IMG/VR virus record: IMGVR_UViG_3300050132_000038
Location: 1-64,000 of that record
Reading direction: 5' to 3' (one strand)
Length of the DNA: 64,000 nucleotides
The first letter of the stretch is position 1. Each line of letters opens with the position of its first letter. Shown piece after piece: positions 55,569-64,000 of the stretch. Made by a program: the position numbers and the translations under genes. Below the pieces are notes generated by a model. The model was not told where the DNA came from. It saw only the letters and a program-made list of their open reading frames with translations, and did not search any database.

Positions 55569-56152
55569 TCTCTATGTTCCTAAAGTTCTACTGAGTCTAC
55601 AGCCCAGTTGGTGTACCTTCTCATATTCGGTTTATACTTCTGCTCCTCTTCAAAGCGAGCACGTGCTATGTGTCGAGCGTTATACCAATCTTGGAAACGA
55701 CCATCAACTACAATCTCATAGCTAGTGATTTCTTTTCCCGTATCCTTATCGAGGATTACACACAGGTGTGTAACAGGATGCCCATTCATTACCTACTCCT
55801 AGTCGTGTAATGATATTCTCTGCTGCTTGAGTTCTAGTAGGTCACAGACTACACACTTGCGCTGCTGTGTAACGACACGACCTACGACCCCACCTTTGTC
55901 GTTGACTAGGTTAGAGTCATTCACGATCTCCCACTTCGACCACCTGTGGAACCAGTGTAACCTACTAACGTGAGATGCTCGGTAGGGCTTGATCCTGGCG
56001 AACTTCAACTTCATTATGTACTCCTACCCGAGGTTAGTAACACGGCGACGACGCATCCAAATTTTCAGTATGCCTCGGACCAAGTGAGAAGATGTTCTTT
56101 TTACTACAAAATTCGGCCGTGGCCGTAGGCTTCTACGAATTTCTCTCATTGG

Positions 56153-56458
56153 TCACTCTCCAAGTTCTTTCTTAAGCCGTTCAAGCTGTGCGCGCTTACG
56201 CACCAAGGCTTGCTCTTTCTCTTCTACTTCTCGTGTCTCCCGAATCCTCATCTCATCTACAGTTTCCTTATGGGGGAACTCTACTGAGAGATATTCAGCT
56301 GAGTCTGCATACCTACCAGGTTGCCTGTTGAAACGGGCACCTGGGTACTGCTTTTCAAACTCGTTAAGGAGTTTCACTACATCCGCGATAGTAAGGTAAT
56401 CGAGATCACCAAGCCCTATCTCTTTGTCAGTTGCTACCCAAATAGTTTTCTGTGCCAT
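56153..56458 (-). CDS. Hypothetical protein
   Basis: AAGGAG RBS; ends LERLKKELGE. Confidence 0.55.
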   Translation of the reverse strand: MAQKTIWVATDKEIGLGDLDYLTIADVVKLLNEFEKQYPGARFNRQPGRYADSAEYLSVEFPHKETVDEMRIRETREVEEKEQALVRKRAQLERLKKELGE

Positions 56459-56468
56459 TGTCTACTCC

Positions 56469-56882
56469 TTACGAAATATGGATTTCAAGTTCACGGCCTA
56501 GCACACGGAAGCACTGAGCGATAACGTCGATGTTTGTTATGAGATGGCCCGATCCCAACATGCGGGAAACCTGCTGAGGTTTCATGTTTAAACGGTTAGC
56601 CAGCTCAGTGCGGTTGACACCCTGCCCGTGCATCTCATTTATAAGCTTCACCTTTAACGCCATGCTTGGTGCTAACTCTACTACATAGTTGGCGTGCTTG
56701 AGCACGGGCCAGGGGATTGGCTTACGGCTTTCAAAGTAAGTATCTAATGCAGAGAGCAAACAGTCACTCGCCATCTCCATTGCCTCCTCTTCTGTTTCTC
56801 CCGCTGTTGCAGCTTCAGGAATATCCGGGAAGGTAACGAGGAAGCCGGTGCTATCTTTGGTTAAGATAAAGGGGTAGTTCAT
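56469..56882 (-). CDS. hicB: HicB-family antitoxin with HTH; no adjacent hicA
   Basis: FLVTFPDIPEAATAGETEEEAMEMASDCL..PIP.P plus C-terminal HTH TELANRLNMKPQQVSR. Confidence 0.88.
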   Translation of the reverse strand: MNYPFILTKDSTGFLVTFPDIPEAATAGETEEEAMEMASDCLLSALDTYFESRKPIPWPVLKHANYVVELAPSMALKVKLINEMHGQGVNRTELANRLNMKPQQVSRMLGSGHLITNIDVIAQCFRVLGRELEIHIS

Positions 56883-57349
56883 GATTTACTCAATATAGAA
56901 GTAATGGTGTCGAACGCTGCATCGAACTTGTCAGTAATTGCAGAGGTCAAGTGTGTTCCGTACACTGCGAGCAGCTCATACTTGAGAGCCTCTAGCACGA
57001 CTTCTGGTTTGTGCTTTCTCAGTATAGGTCGGAGTAGGGAGTGGACTGGAGTGAATGGTTGAGTCTCCTTAACCCGTGGTAAGGCTTGCCCTTTCTTACT
57101 CTTGTAGATCGTGGCTCTCAACCTCTCAGTGGAGAAAGGAGATGCTACATAGTAATGCACCTCCTTACCTCCGACCTTCTCTGAACGTAGTATACCGGCT
57201 CTAGTCATTGCCGAGAGGTAAGTGTTGATACTGCTGGCCTTGTACTTATTGGCTGTACAGTAGGGTGCGAGGTATGCTCGACACATCGCCGACGTAACGC
57301 CAGGGTTTGACAGGACATAGCTGTGTACAACTCCTGCTAGGACGCTCAT
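56879..57349 (-). CDS. Putative winged-helix protein
   Basis: NPGVTS..SINTYLSAMTRAGILR..HYYV. Confidence 0.5.
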   Translation of the reverse strand: MSVLAGVVHSYVLSNPGVTSAMCRAYLAPYCTANKYKASSINTYLSAMTRAGILRSEKVGGKEVHYYVASPFSTERLRATIYKSKKGQALPRVKETQPFTPVHSLLRPILRKHKPEVVLEALKYELLAVYGTHLTSAITDKFDAAFDTITSILSKS

Positions 57350-57600
57350 TGCCTACTCCCGTTGTCGTAAGGATTGTTTGGAACCAGGTGGCCGACTACG
57401 TACACCGGAGGGTTGTGAACCTCCGGTTTGTCTCCTAAGAAAAACGCAAGGCACAAGACTGTGAACGACCCGACAATAATTACATGCCAGAACGTGACCA
57501 GTATCGACCCCAGGATAACTGCGAGGATAGCGAACAGCAGGACCGCATGGACTGTGTGTTCTGAGAACCCTATGTAGTTTGAGATTTGATGTGCGAGCAT
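57346..57600 (-). CDS. Small membrane protein
   Basis: Long hydrophobic stretch; AAGGAG RBS. Confidence 0.5.
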   Translation of the reverse strand: MLAHQISNYIGFSEHTVHAVLLFAILAVILGSILVTFWHVIIVGSFTVLCLAFFLGDKPEVHNPPVYVVGHLVPNNPYDNGSRQ

Positions 57601-57610
57601 TACCTACTCC

Positions 57611-58417
57611 TTACACGCTAACGTTATGACCGGTCATTGCTTTGAACCATTCCGGGGTTGTCCTGTATCGGTAATTGTTGAGTGCATGGATGGCGTCTGA
57701 GGATGCCTTACTCCCCGTTGTTTTGTAATCGCAGACTTTCCAATCCGACCAGTTGATGAATGGCAACCAGTAGGAGCGGGTCATCGACGGCCACACAGGA
57801 AGCATCGTACCCGCATCCATAAGATTCTTGATGATGAACCGTAAGCCTTCGCGTGCGTCATGCGAGCCGAACCAGAACAGATCAGGAGTACATTCAAAGC
57901 GCAGATTCTGATTCCTCCACTCTGGATCAGTCTTTGACTCCCACCCACCAGAACTCAGTACACCATTAGGATATGCGGCTAAGTCTTTGGGCTGCCAACA
58001 GTATTGAAGAGTCGCGCCGTTGCGATGCACAGCCAGCTTACCTGAGCTATCCTGATAGCTGTACGTGTCAAAGTTCAAGACTGCACCAATCTCCGGGTTA
58101 GCCAGAACGTAATGCGTTTCCGTATAATCCCGGGCTTCTTCCCCCTCCCAGACGTGGGGGAATGTATCAGTGTACACCTCGATGAAACCCAAGTCCTTAA
58201 CGATCTGCAGGTACGGAAGAGCATCCATGCCAAACGTCGTATCATTTGCATCTAGCAACAGTTGCTCCTTGAGCACATTCTTAGCGCCCTGCAAGGTTAA
58301 CAGCTCGAGTACAATTTCCTTCGGAGTACTATCGTCGATGCGCTGGCCGTGTAGCTCTTCTACCTTAGCCACCACGTCGAAGTTGTTGAGATCGCGATAC
58401 AGATTTTCATTCTTCAT
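57611..58417 (-). CDS. Hypothetical protein
   Basis: 268-aa ORF with AAGGA RBS. Confidence 0.6.
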   Translation of the reverse strand: MKNENLYRDLNNFDVVAKVEELHGQRIDDSTPKEIVLELLTLQGAKNVLKEQLLLDANDTTFGMDALPYLQIVKDLGFIEVYTDTFPHVWEGEEARDYTETHYVLANPEIGAVLNFDTYSYQDSSGKLAVHRNGATLQYCWQPKDLAAYPNGVLSSGGWESKTDPEWRNQNLRFECTPDLFWFGSHDAREGLRFIIKNLMDAGTMLPVWPSMTRSYWLPFINWSDWKVCDYKTTGSKASSDAIHALNNYRYRTTPEWFKAMTGHNVSV

Positions 58418-58820
58418 TTTCTTATTCCTTAGGCCGACAGTTAGGTACTGCGTATTTCAGTTGAACACAGAAGGGGCTCCTGCAACAGTCACCCTTCTCT
58501 GCCCCGCACTTAGGGCACTCACGAAAGTTCCTCCATTGGTTAGCAAATATTTCCTCGCGGCTCATACCTTTAGGGAAGGGTAAGACGAATGGCTCTCTGT
58601 AGTCAGGATTGGGCATTGCTACTCCTTGTTGAACGGATAAACCAATCCGCTTCCTGCTTGAAGTTAAGTGCTTCTTTTCTAAACATAGCTGCAGCATAGC
58701 GTCGAGCGTGATCTTCATGCTCGTACTTTGGGTCAATCTCAATCTCGTAGCTCGCCAACTCCTTATCAGTGCGTCGATCAATAACGGTACACACGTAGGT
58801 GACAATCATTTTCTTACTCC

Positions 58821-59264
58821 TTAGTTATCCGTGCCGACGTACTCTTGCAAGTCTGAGATGAACTGGGACCACTCTTTGTCTTTCGCCATCGAGTTTGCCA
58901 TCTTTACGTACAAAGCTTTTACCAAAGTTTCCAAATCGGGAACTTCATGTGTACCGAACTTGGGAACCAATTTATCATTCTGCTCCACCACCTGCTCGTA
59001 GTATTCATTAATACCGTTGTGGAATGGAGTTTCATACAACCACTCGAAGTAGTCCAAAGGCTTGACTTTACCGCCCTTCTTAAGGTGGTTGCCCACATCC
59101 TTGCAAGCGGTGTACCACGCCCGAACTTCCTTCTCCCAACCTTTGACATACTGCGATGTTGGATACAGGAATAACTTCAAGATGTGTTTGCCCAGAACAA
59201 GAGAAACGCCAGTGATACGATTTTCGGCCTCACTTCTAGTGAATGCCATTGCTGTAACTTTCAT
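58821..59264 (-). CDS. DUF29-like protein
   Basis: LGKHILKL..Y..GWEKEV pattern. Confidence 0.45.
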   Translation of the reverse strand: MKVTAMAFTRSEAENRITGVSLVLGKHILKLFLYPTSQYVKGWEKEVRAWYTACKDVGNHLKKGGKVKPLDYFEWLYETPFHNGINEYYEQVVEQNDKLVPKFGTHEVPDLETLVKALYVKMANSMAKDKEWSQFISDLQEYVGTDN

Positions 59265-59554
59265 GGGCTACTCCTTAGTACAGCGTGTGCAACAGCGGGC
59301 GAACATACATATCAATCAGAACCGGGCACGTGAACACGATGAAGCCGCCGATGATGCCGTAGAACACTTCCTTGTTGCTTTTGATTGCGTCGATGATGAA
59401 GTTCATTTTGATTCTCCGAGTTAGCGAATGGTTATAACAAGAGTTAGAGCAATGCTGGCTGATTGAATACGACCGAATCCTGACATACGAGCGAACTTGT
59501 AGAGCTGGGACAATGACCACAGCTCGAAACGAATTAGGGATAACATGATGCTCC

Positions 59555-59842
59555 TTAGTACGCTGCTATGTTCCAGGTGGTCAACAATGCTTTGAACTCG
59601 GTGTAGGTTGCACACTCGGCTTGAGTCTGGACATGGCCCTTTCGCGTTAGCACACTAACCGCGAGGTATCCACAGTCATACGCGAGATCAACGTAAAGAC
59701 TGAAACGGCCTTTACCTTTAATCTCGATGACCTCAGAGTAAACTCTTTTGACATTCACGCCGACGTCAAGCAATGCCTGTGCAAACTTGATCGTTGCCTT
59801 GCGAACCTTACCCTCTACGTTCAACACTTTTGCTTTTGCCAT
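59555..59842 (-). CDS. Hypothetical early protein
   Basis: First ORF after the sigma70-like promoter; AAGGA RBS. Confidence 0.55.
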   Translation of the reverse strand: MAKAKVLNVEGKVRKATIKFAQALLDVGVNVKRVYSEVIEIKGKGRFSLYVDLAYDCGYLAVSVLTRKGHVQTQAECATYTEFKALLTTWNIAAY

Positions 59843-59890
59843 TTTGTTCTTCCTTTTCCTTTGGTTTTCTATCGGGTGCCTCTACACCTT

Positions 59891-59919
59891 ATTGTAACAC
59901 GTATTTACATGGGAAACAA
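59891..59919 (-). promoter_or_regulatory. Sigma70-like early promoter with extended -10
   Basis: TTGTTT-17 nt-TACAAT with TGn extension and an AT-rich upstream tract, in a ~300-bp intergenic gap. Confidence 0.55.
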
Positions 59920-60100
59920 CAATTTTGTTTAGGTGTTGTTTTTACGCAAATTTGCACAAAAAATAGGCAAAATCTAGGGATCACGGGTAAATGGTCAAAA
60001 CCCCTATTTTCAGCCCGTCAGAGGGTGCCTACGACGCTGTAGCCTACCTGCAATGGAAGGTTTACCTAGTCTGATAAACCGGGAATTTTGGCCCAAAACG

Positions 60101-60147
60101 AAAAAGCCCTGCCGCCAATCTTTTTAGGGACCAGGGGCAGGGCTTTT
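60101..60147. terminator. Bidirectional intrinsic terminator
   Basis: AAAAGCCCTGCC..GGCAGGGCTTTT. Confidence 0.68.
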
Positions 60148-60288
60148 AGTAGAGGGCAAGTGTGACCAGGAAAAAGAATAAGAACACGAGGAACCACAGC
60201 CTCGGCGAGTTTATAGGGAATAACACGTAGAGGAGCAGCCCTGTCAGCATCAGTGAGATCATTACGTGGATCTCCAGGTCTATGTACG

Positions 60289-60636
60289 TCATGTGATAAC
60301 CGCTTCGGGTGTAGCTGCCTCCTTGCTTACAATCTCCTTGAACAGCTCGACGATACGTAGCAAGGCATGCTCAAAACATTGTGCTGCTTGCATACGCTGA
60401 GTGGTCTGAAACGGCATAGGCATAGGCCCGTCAACCAGAGCGGTAAGCATTATTCGATTCACGATGTACATGGCAGGGATAGCCACCATAATCATCTCGA
60501 ACTCAAAGTGATACTTATATCCAGAGTTAACAACTTCTACCTTTACATAGTAGTCGCTGATCTCTTTGTATTTCCCCCTGACTGTACCGGTTAGCGTAAC
60601 ATCGCCCACCCTAGAACTAAAATTCCGAACTTCCAT
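60289..60636 (-). CDS. Hypothetical protein
   Basis: AAGGA RBS. Confidence 0.5.
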   Translation of the reverse strand: MEVRNFSSRVGDVTLTGTVRGKYKEISDYYVKVEVVNSGYKYHFEFEMIMVAIPAMYIVNRIMLTALVDGPMPMPFQTTQRMQAAQCFEHALLRIVELFKEIVSKEAATPEAVIT

Positions 60637-60656
60637 ACTGTTTCCTTACTTAAAAA

Positions 60657-60965
60657 TTATTCCTGATTTACTAACGTGGTGAGAACGCGCTCAAACAACA
60701 TCTCCACTTTGGGGTCTGTCAGGAGCAGCGTCTTTAGTGATATGAGTGTTCCGGTACGATCATGTATACGAACTAGGCGAAGCATGTACTGGTGGTCTTG
60801 CTGCCTGATAATGCTGAACGTGTAGAACTGAGAGTTGAGGAACACCTGAACGTCGAAGGTATCCTCCTGCTTAAGCACAACCCCTTCTGCGGGTAATTCT
60901 TCTGCGCCCTTCTTCACTACACAGTTGAAGGTACTAATTTGATTGGTTTGCTGATTCATGCTCAA
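60657..60965 (-). CDS. Hypothetical protein
   Basis: Packed ORF. Confidence 0.5.
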   Translation of the reverse strand: MSMNQQTNQISTFNCVVKKGAEELPAEGVVLKQEDTFDVQVFLNSQFYTFSIIRQQDHQYMLRLVRIHDRTGTLISLKTLLLTDPKVEMLFERVLTTLVNQE

Positions 60966-61449
60966 GAAGTCCTAAGAGACACAGAAGGAAGAGGGAGCCA
61001 ATGGCGCCTATTGCTAAATCGTGTGACGCTACTGAATGCCTGTTCATAACTAGGGCACACAGCAGTGATGCAAATATACAGGTGAAGAATGCGAATACCA
61101 CACCTATACGAAATTTTGTTAGTAACGGAAGAACAGACTCGGGTACGCCCTCGAACTTTTGATTCGGCCACCAGTGCCTAACTTGCTCCGGATGCCACTC
61201 AATACGCAAGACCGGAAACAGTGTGGAACCCATATCGTTATGCACAAGGATTAGTGTGCGGGTATCTTGCACAGGGGCTGCTGTTAAGCCCACGTGGGTA
61301 AGTGCGTTAATTAGGGGCTGGAGATGGGGAGCATTCACAACCTCGTAGTATAGAACGCCCGACTCCTGGTTGCTATCTTTGATACGGGCGAATATCTCTC
61401 GGAGATCTGACTGCTCATCTGGGTATCGTTTACCGGCTGAGTTGTACAC
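60934..61449 (-). CDS. Membrane protein with two C-terminal TM helices
   Basis: Hydrophobic C-terminal segments; GGAG RBS. Confidence 0.5.
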   Translation of the reverse strand: MYNSAGKRYPDEQSDLREIFARIKDSNQESGVLYYEVVNAPHLQPLINALTHVGLTAAPVQDTRTLILVHNDMGSTLFPVLRIEWHPEQVRHWWPNQKFEGVPESVLPLLTKFRIGVVFAFFTCIFASLLCALVMNRHSVASHDLAIGAIGSLFLLCLLGLLEHESANQSN

Positions 61450-61688
61450 TAGGATTCTCCAGAAGTTATTACTCAGCCGGGTGGCTGGATTACAAAGCCA
61501 AGTTTGTGATAATGCGTGTTGCAGTTTCAGGGGTTAGCCTGTGTGCTCTCAGCATGGCGCGAAGTGCTGCTTTAACGTCAGTAACTTTAACGAAGTCACC
61601 TGAGTCAGCTACCACTAGATCGACTTGCCCTGTGTCTTCTGCGTGGACTACAGAGTACCGCTTAACCTTCAATTCTTTGTGGACCGCC

Positions 61689-61952
61689 TTAGACATTGAA
61701 TCCCCGTACCAACAAGAACAGACGAAGGCTATGCATGTTTGACGACAACCGCTTGAAGGACTGTTCGATACCCTGAGAACTTGCGAGAGGCAGTGCGTGT
61801 TCCAGAGTGCGAACAGCTGCAGTGATTTGTGTAAGAGAGTCTGCCCAATCTTTGATTTGGAGGTCTGCAATCTCTTCGTTGGTGGGCGGTGCTGTGGACA
61901 GGAGAAGGGATTCTTCGATTGCGTTGGTTGCTTTGTAGGTGTAATCGGTCAT
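61689..61952 (-). CDS. Hypothetical protein
   Basis: AGGA RBS; helical 87 aa. Confidence 0.45.
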   Translation of the reverse strand: MTDYTYKATNAIEESLLLSTAPPTNEEIADLQIKDWADSLTQITAAVRTLEHALPLASSQGIEQSFKRLSSNMHSLRLFLLVRGFNV

Positions 61953-62009
61953 AGTTGCTAGTCCTAGAAGAGGAAAGGGATAGTCAGGATTGACTACCCT
62001 CTATTTACA

Positions 62010-62417
62010 TTAGTGCTGAATAGGAGTGGTCAGCGGAAGTGTTAATGTAATTGATTGACGGAAGACTGGACGCACATAAATGTCCTCACCACGTTCAAGC
62101 ACACCATCGACGTGATAACCATTGCAGTACCACACGCCTCTAATCGGATCGCAGCTAACGTCTACAACACGAGGCCAGATCGTGCCTGCACTAGATTGCA
62201 GTGGAAGATAACCAGGGACGTGATACAGGCCATCGGCAACAGGAGTTGCTGAGGAGTAACCGATAGTCTGTCCAAGGCTCGGCACACCAGAACCCATCGG
62301 CACGTTAGCTACCAGGATGGATGGTGGATCGCCTGGAGGCATTCCACCATTGGTGAGTTCTTGTGCTTGCGCACTGAAGGCTACACCAAGCAGTGCTACT
62401 AGTAAGAGTTGCTTCAT
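62010..62417 (-). CDS. Secreted protein (Sec signal peptide)
   Basis: MKQLLLVALLGVAFSAQA; YHVPGY..TIWPRVVDVSC..CNGY. Confidence 0.65.
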   Translation of the reverse strand: MKQLLLVALLGVAFSAQAQELTNGGMPPGDPPSILVANVPMGSGVPSLGQTIGYSSATPVADGLYHVPGYLPLQSSAGTIWPRVVDVSCDPIRGVWYCNGYHVDGVLERGEDIYVRPVFRQSITLTLPLTTPIQH

Positions 62418-62629
62418 CGTTGCTCCCTACTCCGTAGTTGAGTCCTTAGATGCATCGGCCTCTACACTAAGCTTGGCAACCAGTGCATCAACCTGATCCT
62501 GCGTTGCGTGACCTTCTGCACGCGCTTCATCAGCCCGGTCCAGCCACTTTGCGTCTTCATTACCTCCGCTCGGGTCTTCATTACTATTATTTTCAGACAT
62601 GATTAGTTCCTTTATGAGTTTATTCAAAA

Positions 62630-63340
62630 TTACTTGGTAACAGACTGCGCACGCATTTCCGCATTGGCTTTGATGATAGCGGCGTGTGCTTGAATTTCTT
62701 CGGCGGTCTTCATCTGCGGCGTTACCGTCATCAGCACACCCTTCGAGTCCAACAAAGCGAGAGGGCGTTGAACAACGGCTGCTGCTACGGGTGCCGGAGT
62801 AACGACCGAGCCAGGAGCAACTGCTTGGCCGGTATCAGGATCAATTAGAGGACGACCGGCTGCAACCCACTCGGCCTTCGTCATTGGGCAACCACGGCGA
62901 ATGGTGGCCCCATCTTTGCGACGATCAATAACACCACCCGACACAGAGATCGAATAGCGAATGTCGTCATTGGTACAGAGAAGGGCCATTGCTGCGGAGT
63001 GCTCGCCCATGTTCCATTCTTCACGCGCGTTCTTCAACATCGTGCAATTGGAATCTGTCCAGGTCGAACCAAGGGCTACACCGAACGACATACCGGTCGC
63101 ACCCATCGACGAACTACCCATACACGTATCATTTGAAGAGGTGAGCGAGGGAGCGAATGCCGAGGAGGTTGCGTAGCGAACGGTACTATCAGAAACAGGG
63201 GCGAACAACAGGGAACCACCTTGTGCTGCACTCTGCGTACTTGCATTCGATGCCGTGCTTGCAGTCTGTGCAAAGGCTACAGCTGACGATAGAGAAAGTA
63301 CAGTTGCTACTAGGAGCTTCTTATTCATGTTTTCGTCCAA
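62630..63340 (-). CDS. Secreted Cys-containing protein (Sec signal peptide)
   Basis: MNKKLLVATVLSLSSAVAFA; APSLTS..DTCMGS..G..W.D.NC..AMALLC. Confidence 0.65.
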   Translation of the reverse strand: MDENMNKKLLVATVLSLSSAVAFAQTASTASNASTQSAAQGGSLLFAPVSDSTVRYATSSAFAPSLTSSNDTCMGSSSMGATGMSFGVALGSTWTDSNCTMLKNAREEWNMGEHSAAMALLCTNDDIRYSISVSGGVIDRRKDGATIRRGCPMTKAEWVAAGRPLIDPDTGQAVAPGSVVTPAPVAAAVVQRPLALLDSKGVLMTVTPQMKTAEEIQAHAAIIKANAEMRAQSVTK

Positions 63341-63358
63341 TTAAGGAGGGCAAATGTG

Positions 63359-63396
63359 AAAAGAGGTGGATAGGGAACTTAATCCCTATCCACCTC
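63359..63396 (-). terminator. Intrinsic terminator
   Basis: GAGGTGGATAGGGA / TCCCTATCCACCTC 14-bp stem followed by TTTT. Confidence 0.8.
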
Positions 63397-63431
63397 AGTC
63401 TAGCTAGATGTTACGTGTGAAGCTTTGTTGA

Positions 63432-64000
63432 TTACGGGTTGTTGCTGACTGGGTTGTTGATAAGCGTTGCGCCTGCGCCTTCACCCGTCGTGATAGCACC
63501 GCCGAAGTTGAAACCACCATTCGTGTTAACAGTGATGGTGCTCGGATCGCTAAGAGCTGTACTACCAACCGTCAATCCCGAACCTTGGGTGGTAGCCGTT
63601 GCGCCCCAGGCGTCGCCCGTCAGCGTCGACGTAATATCCGTGGTGGACGTCGAACCGGTGGTCTTGTTTACGCTAGAGCTATTCGTGGACGAGAGGCTCG
63701 TGGTGTAGCTACCACCCTCAGCTGAACCAACAGCCCCACCTTGGTTTCTACCAGCAACAATGTTATTGCCACTGACCAGCGTAATATTACCGGAGCTGCT
63801 ACCGCCGTTTACTGTGGTATTCTCACTGGTGTTGGCGTCAGCCGAACCAGTCGAGACTGCGCTACCCGTGCCTGCGCCCGAGCTGAGGTTCCAGCCGTAT
63901 GCGCTACCGCTATTAGCAATAGTACCGGAGGTGGTTGCTACGCCGCTCTTGCTGATACCTGCCGTCGAGGTAACTGCAGAACTTTCGCTATTGAAAGCTT
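63432..64000 (-). CDS. Ser/Thr/Gly/Asn-rich protein, partial (start beyond the right edge)
   Basis: Minus-strand frame apparently open from the edge to TAA at 63432; ends NTNGGFNFGGAITTGEGAGATLINNPVSNNP. Confidence 0.65.
   Translation of the reverse strand, partial: AFNSESSAVTSTAGISKSGVATTSGTIANSGSAYGWNLSSGAGTGSAVSTGSADANTSENTTVNGGSSSGNITLVSGNNIVAGRNQGGAVGSAEGGSYTTSLSSTNSSSVNKTTGSTSTTDITSTLTGDAWGATATTQGSGLTVGSTALSDPSTITVNTNGGFNFGGAITTGEGAGATLINNPVSNNP

Noticed and set aside
7-63708. Numerous plus-strand ORFs in the track (e.g. 10883..11698, 11800..12510, 31926..32561, 63439..63708)
   Set aside because: They overlap well-supported minus-strand genes, show no recognisable motifs, and are explained as antisense shadows of biased codon usage.
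1-64000. tRNA/rRNA genes, CRISPR arrays, integrase/IS elements, stop-codon recoding
   Set aside because: I recognised no cloverleaf, repeat-spacer array or transposase/integrase motifs by eye, and TAG, TGA and TAA all end intact genes with normal packing.

Overview
This is a 64-kb segment of a large, contractile-tailed (jumbo myovirus-like) phage genome. Every credible gene is on the minus strand, and the plus-strand ORFs are antisense shadows. In transcription order (right to left) there are three parts. (i) An early/middle accessory region (~40.6-64 kb) holds a cluster of three putatively secreted proteins, an orphan HicB, an NAD-dependent DNA ligase, NAD salvage genes (NadM-Nudix and NAMPT), a SleB-type hydrolase, an SPFH protein, a PC4-like protein and a MazG-like NTP pyrophosphatase. 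(ii) A late/virion region (~3.4-40.5 kb) holds topoisomerase IB, homospermidine synthase, a SNF2 ATPase, a prohead protease, a SprT-like protease, scaffold, major capsid, tail sheath and tail tube. (iii) A three-gene xanthine-dehydrogenase-family (PaoABC/YagTSR-like) molybdo-flavoenzyme operon runs off the left edge. The most striking unexplained signal is a ~12-residue peptide tag, [KQ]-[LI]-N-A-A-x-R-L-[LVI]-[AE], carried by about 20 otherwise unrelated late-region proteins and absent from the early region. The carriers include a kinase, a Nudix hydrolase, a GNAT, two ADP-ribosyltransferase-like proteins and homospermidine synthase. I interpret the tag as a candidate capsid-packaging signal for a modular injected payload. 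Other finds are two intergenic promoter-like motifs, a tandem-hairpin leader shared by both NAD salvage genes, and a gene-insertion scar that duplicates a 5' gene end. Family assignments come from motif recognition by eye; no database searches were run.
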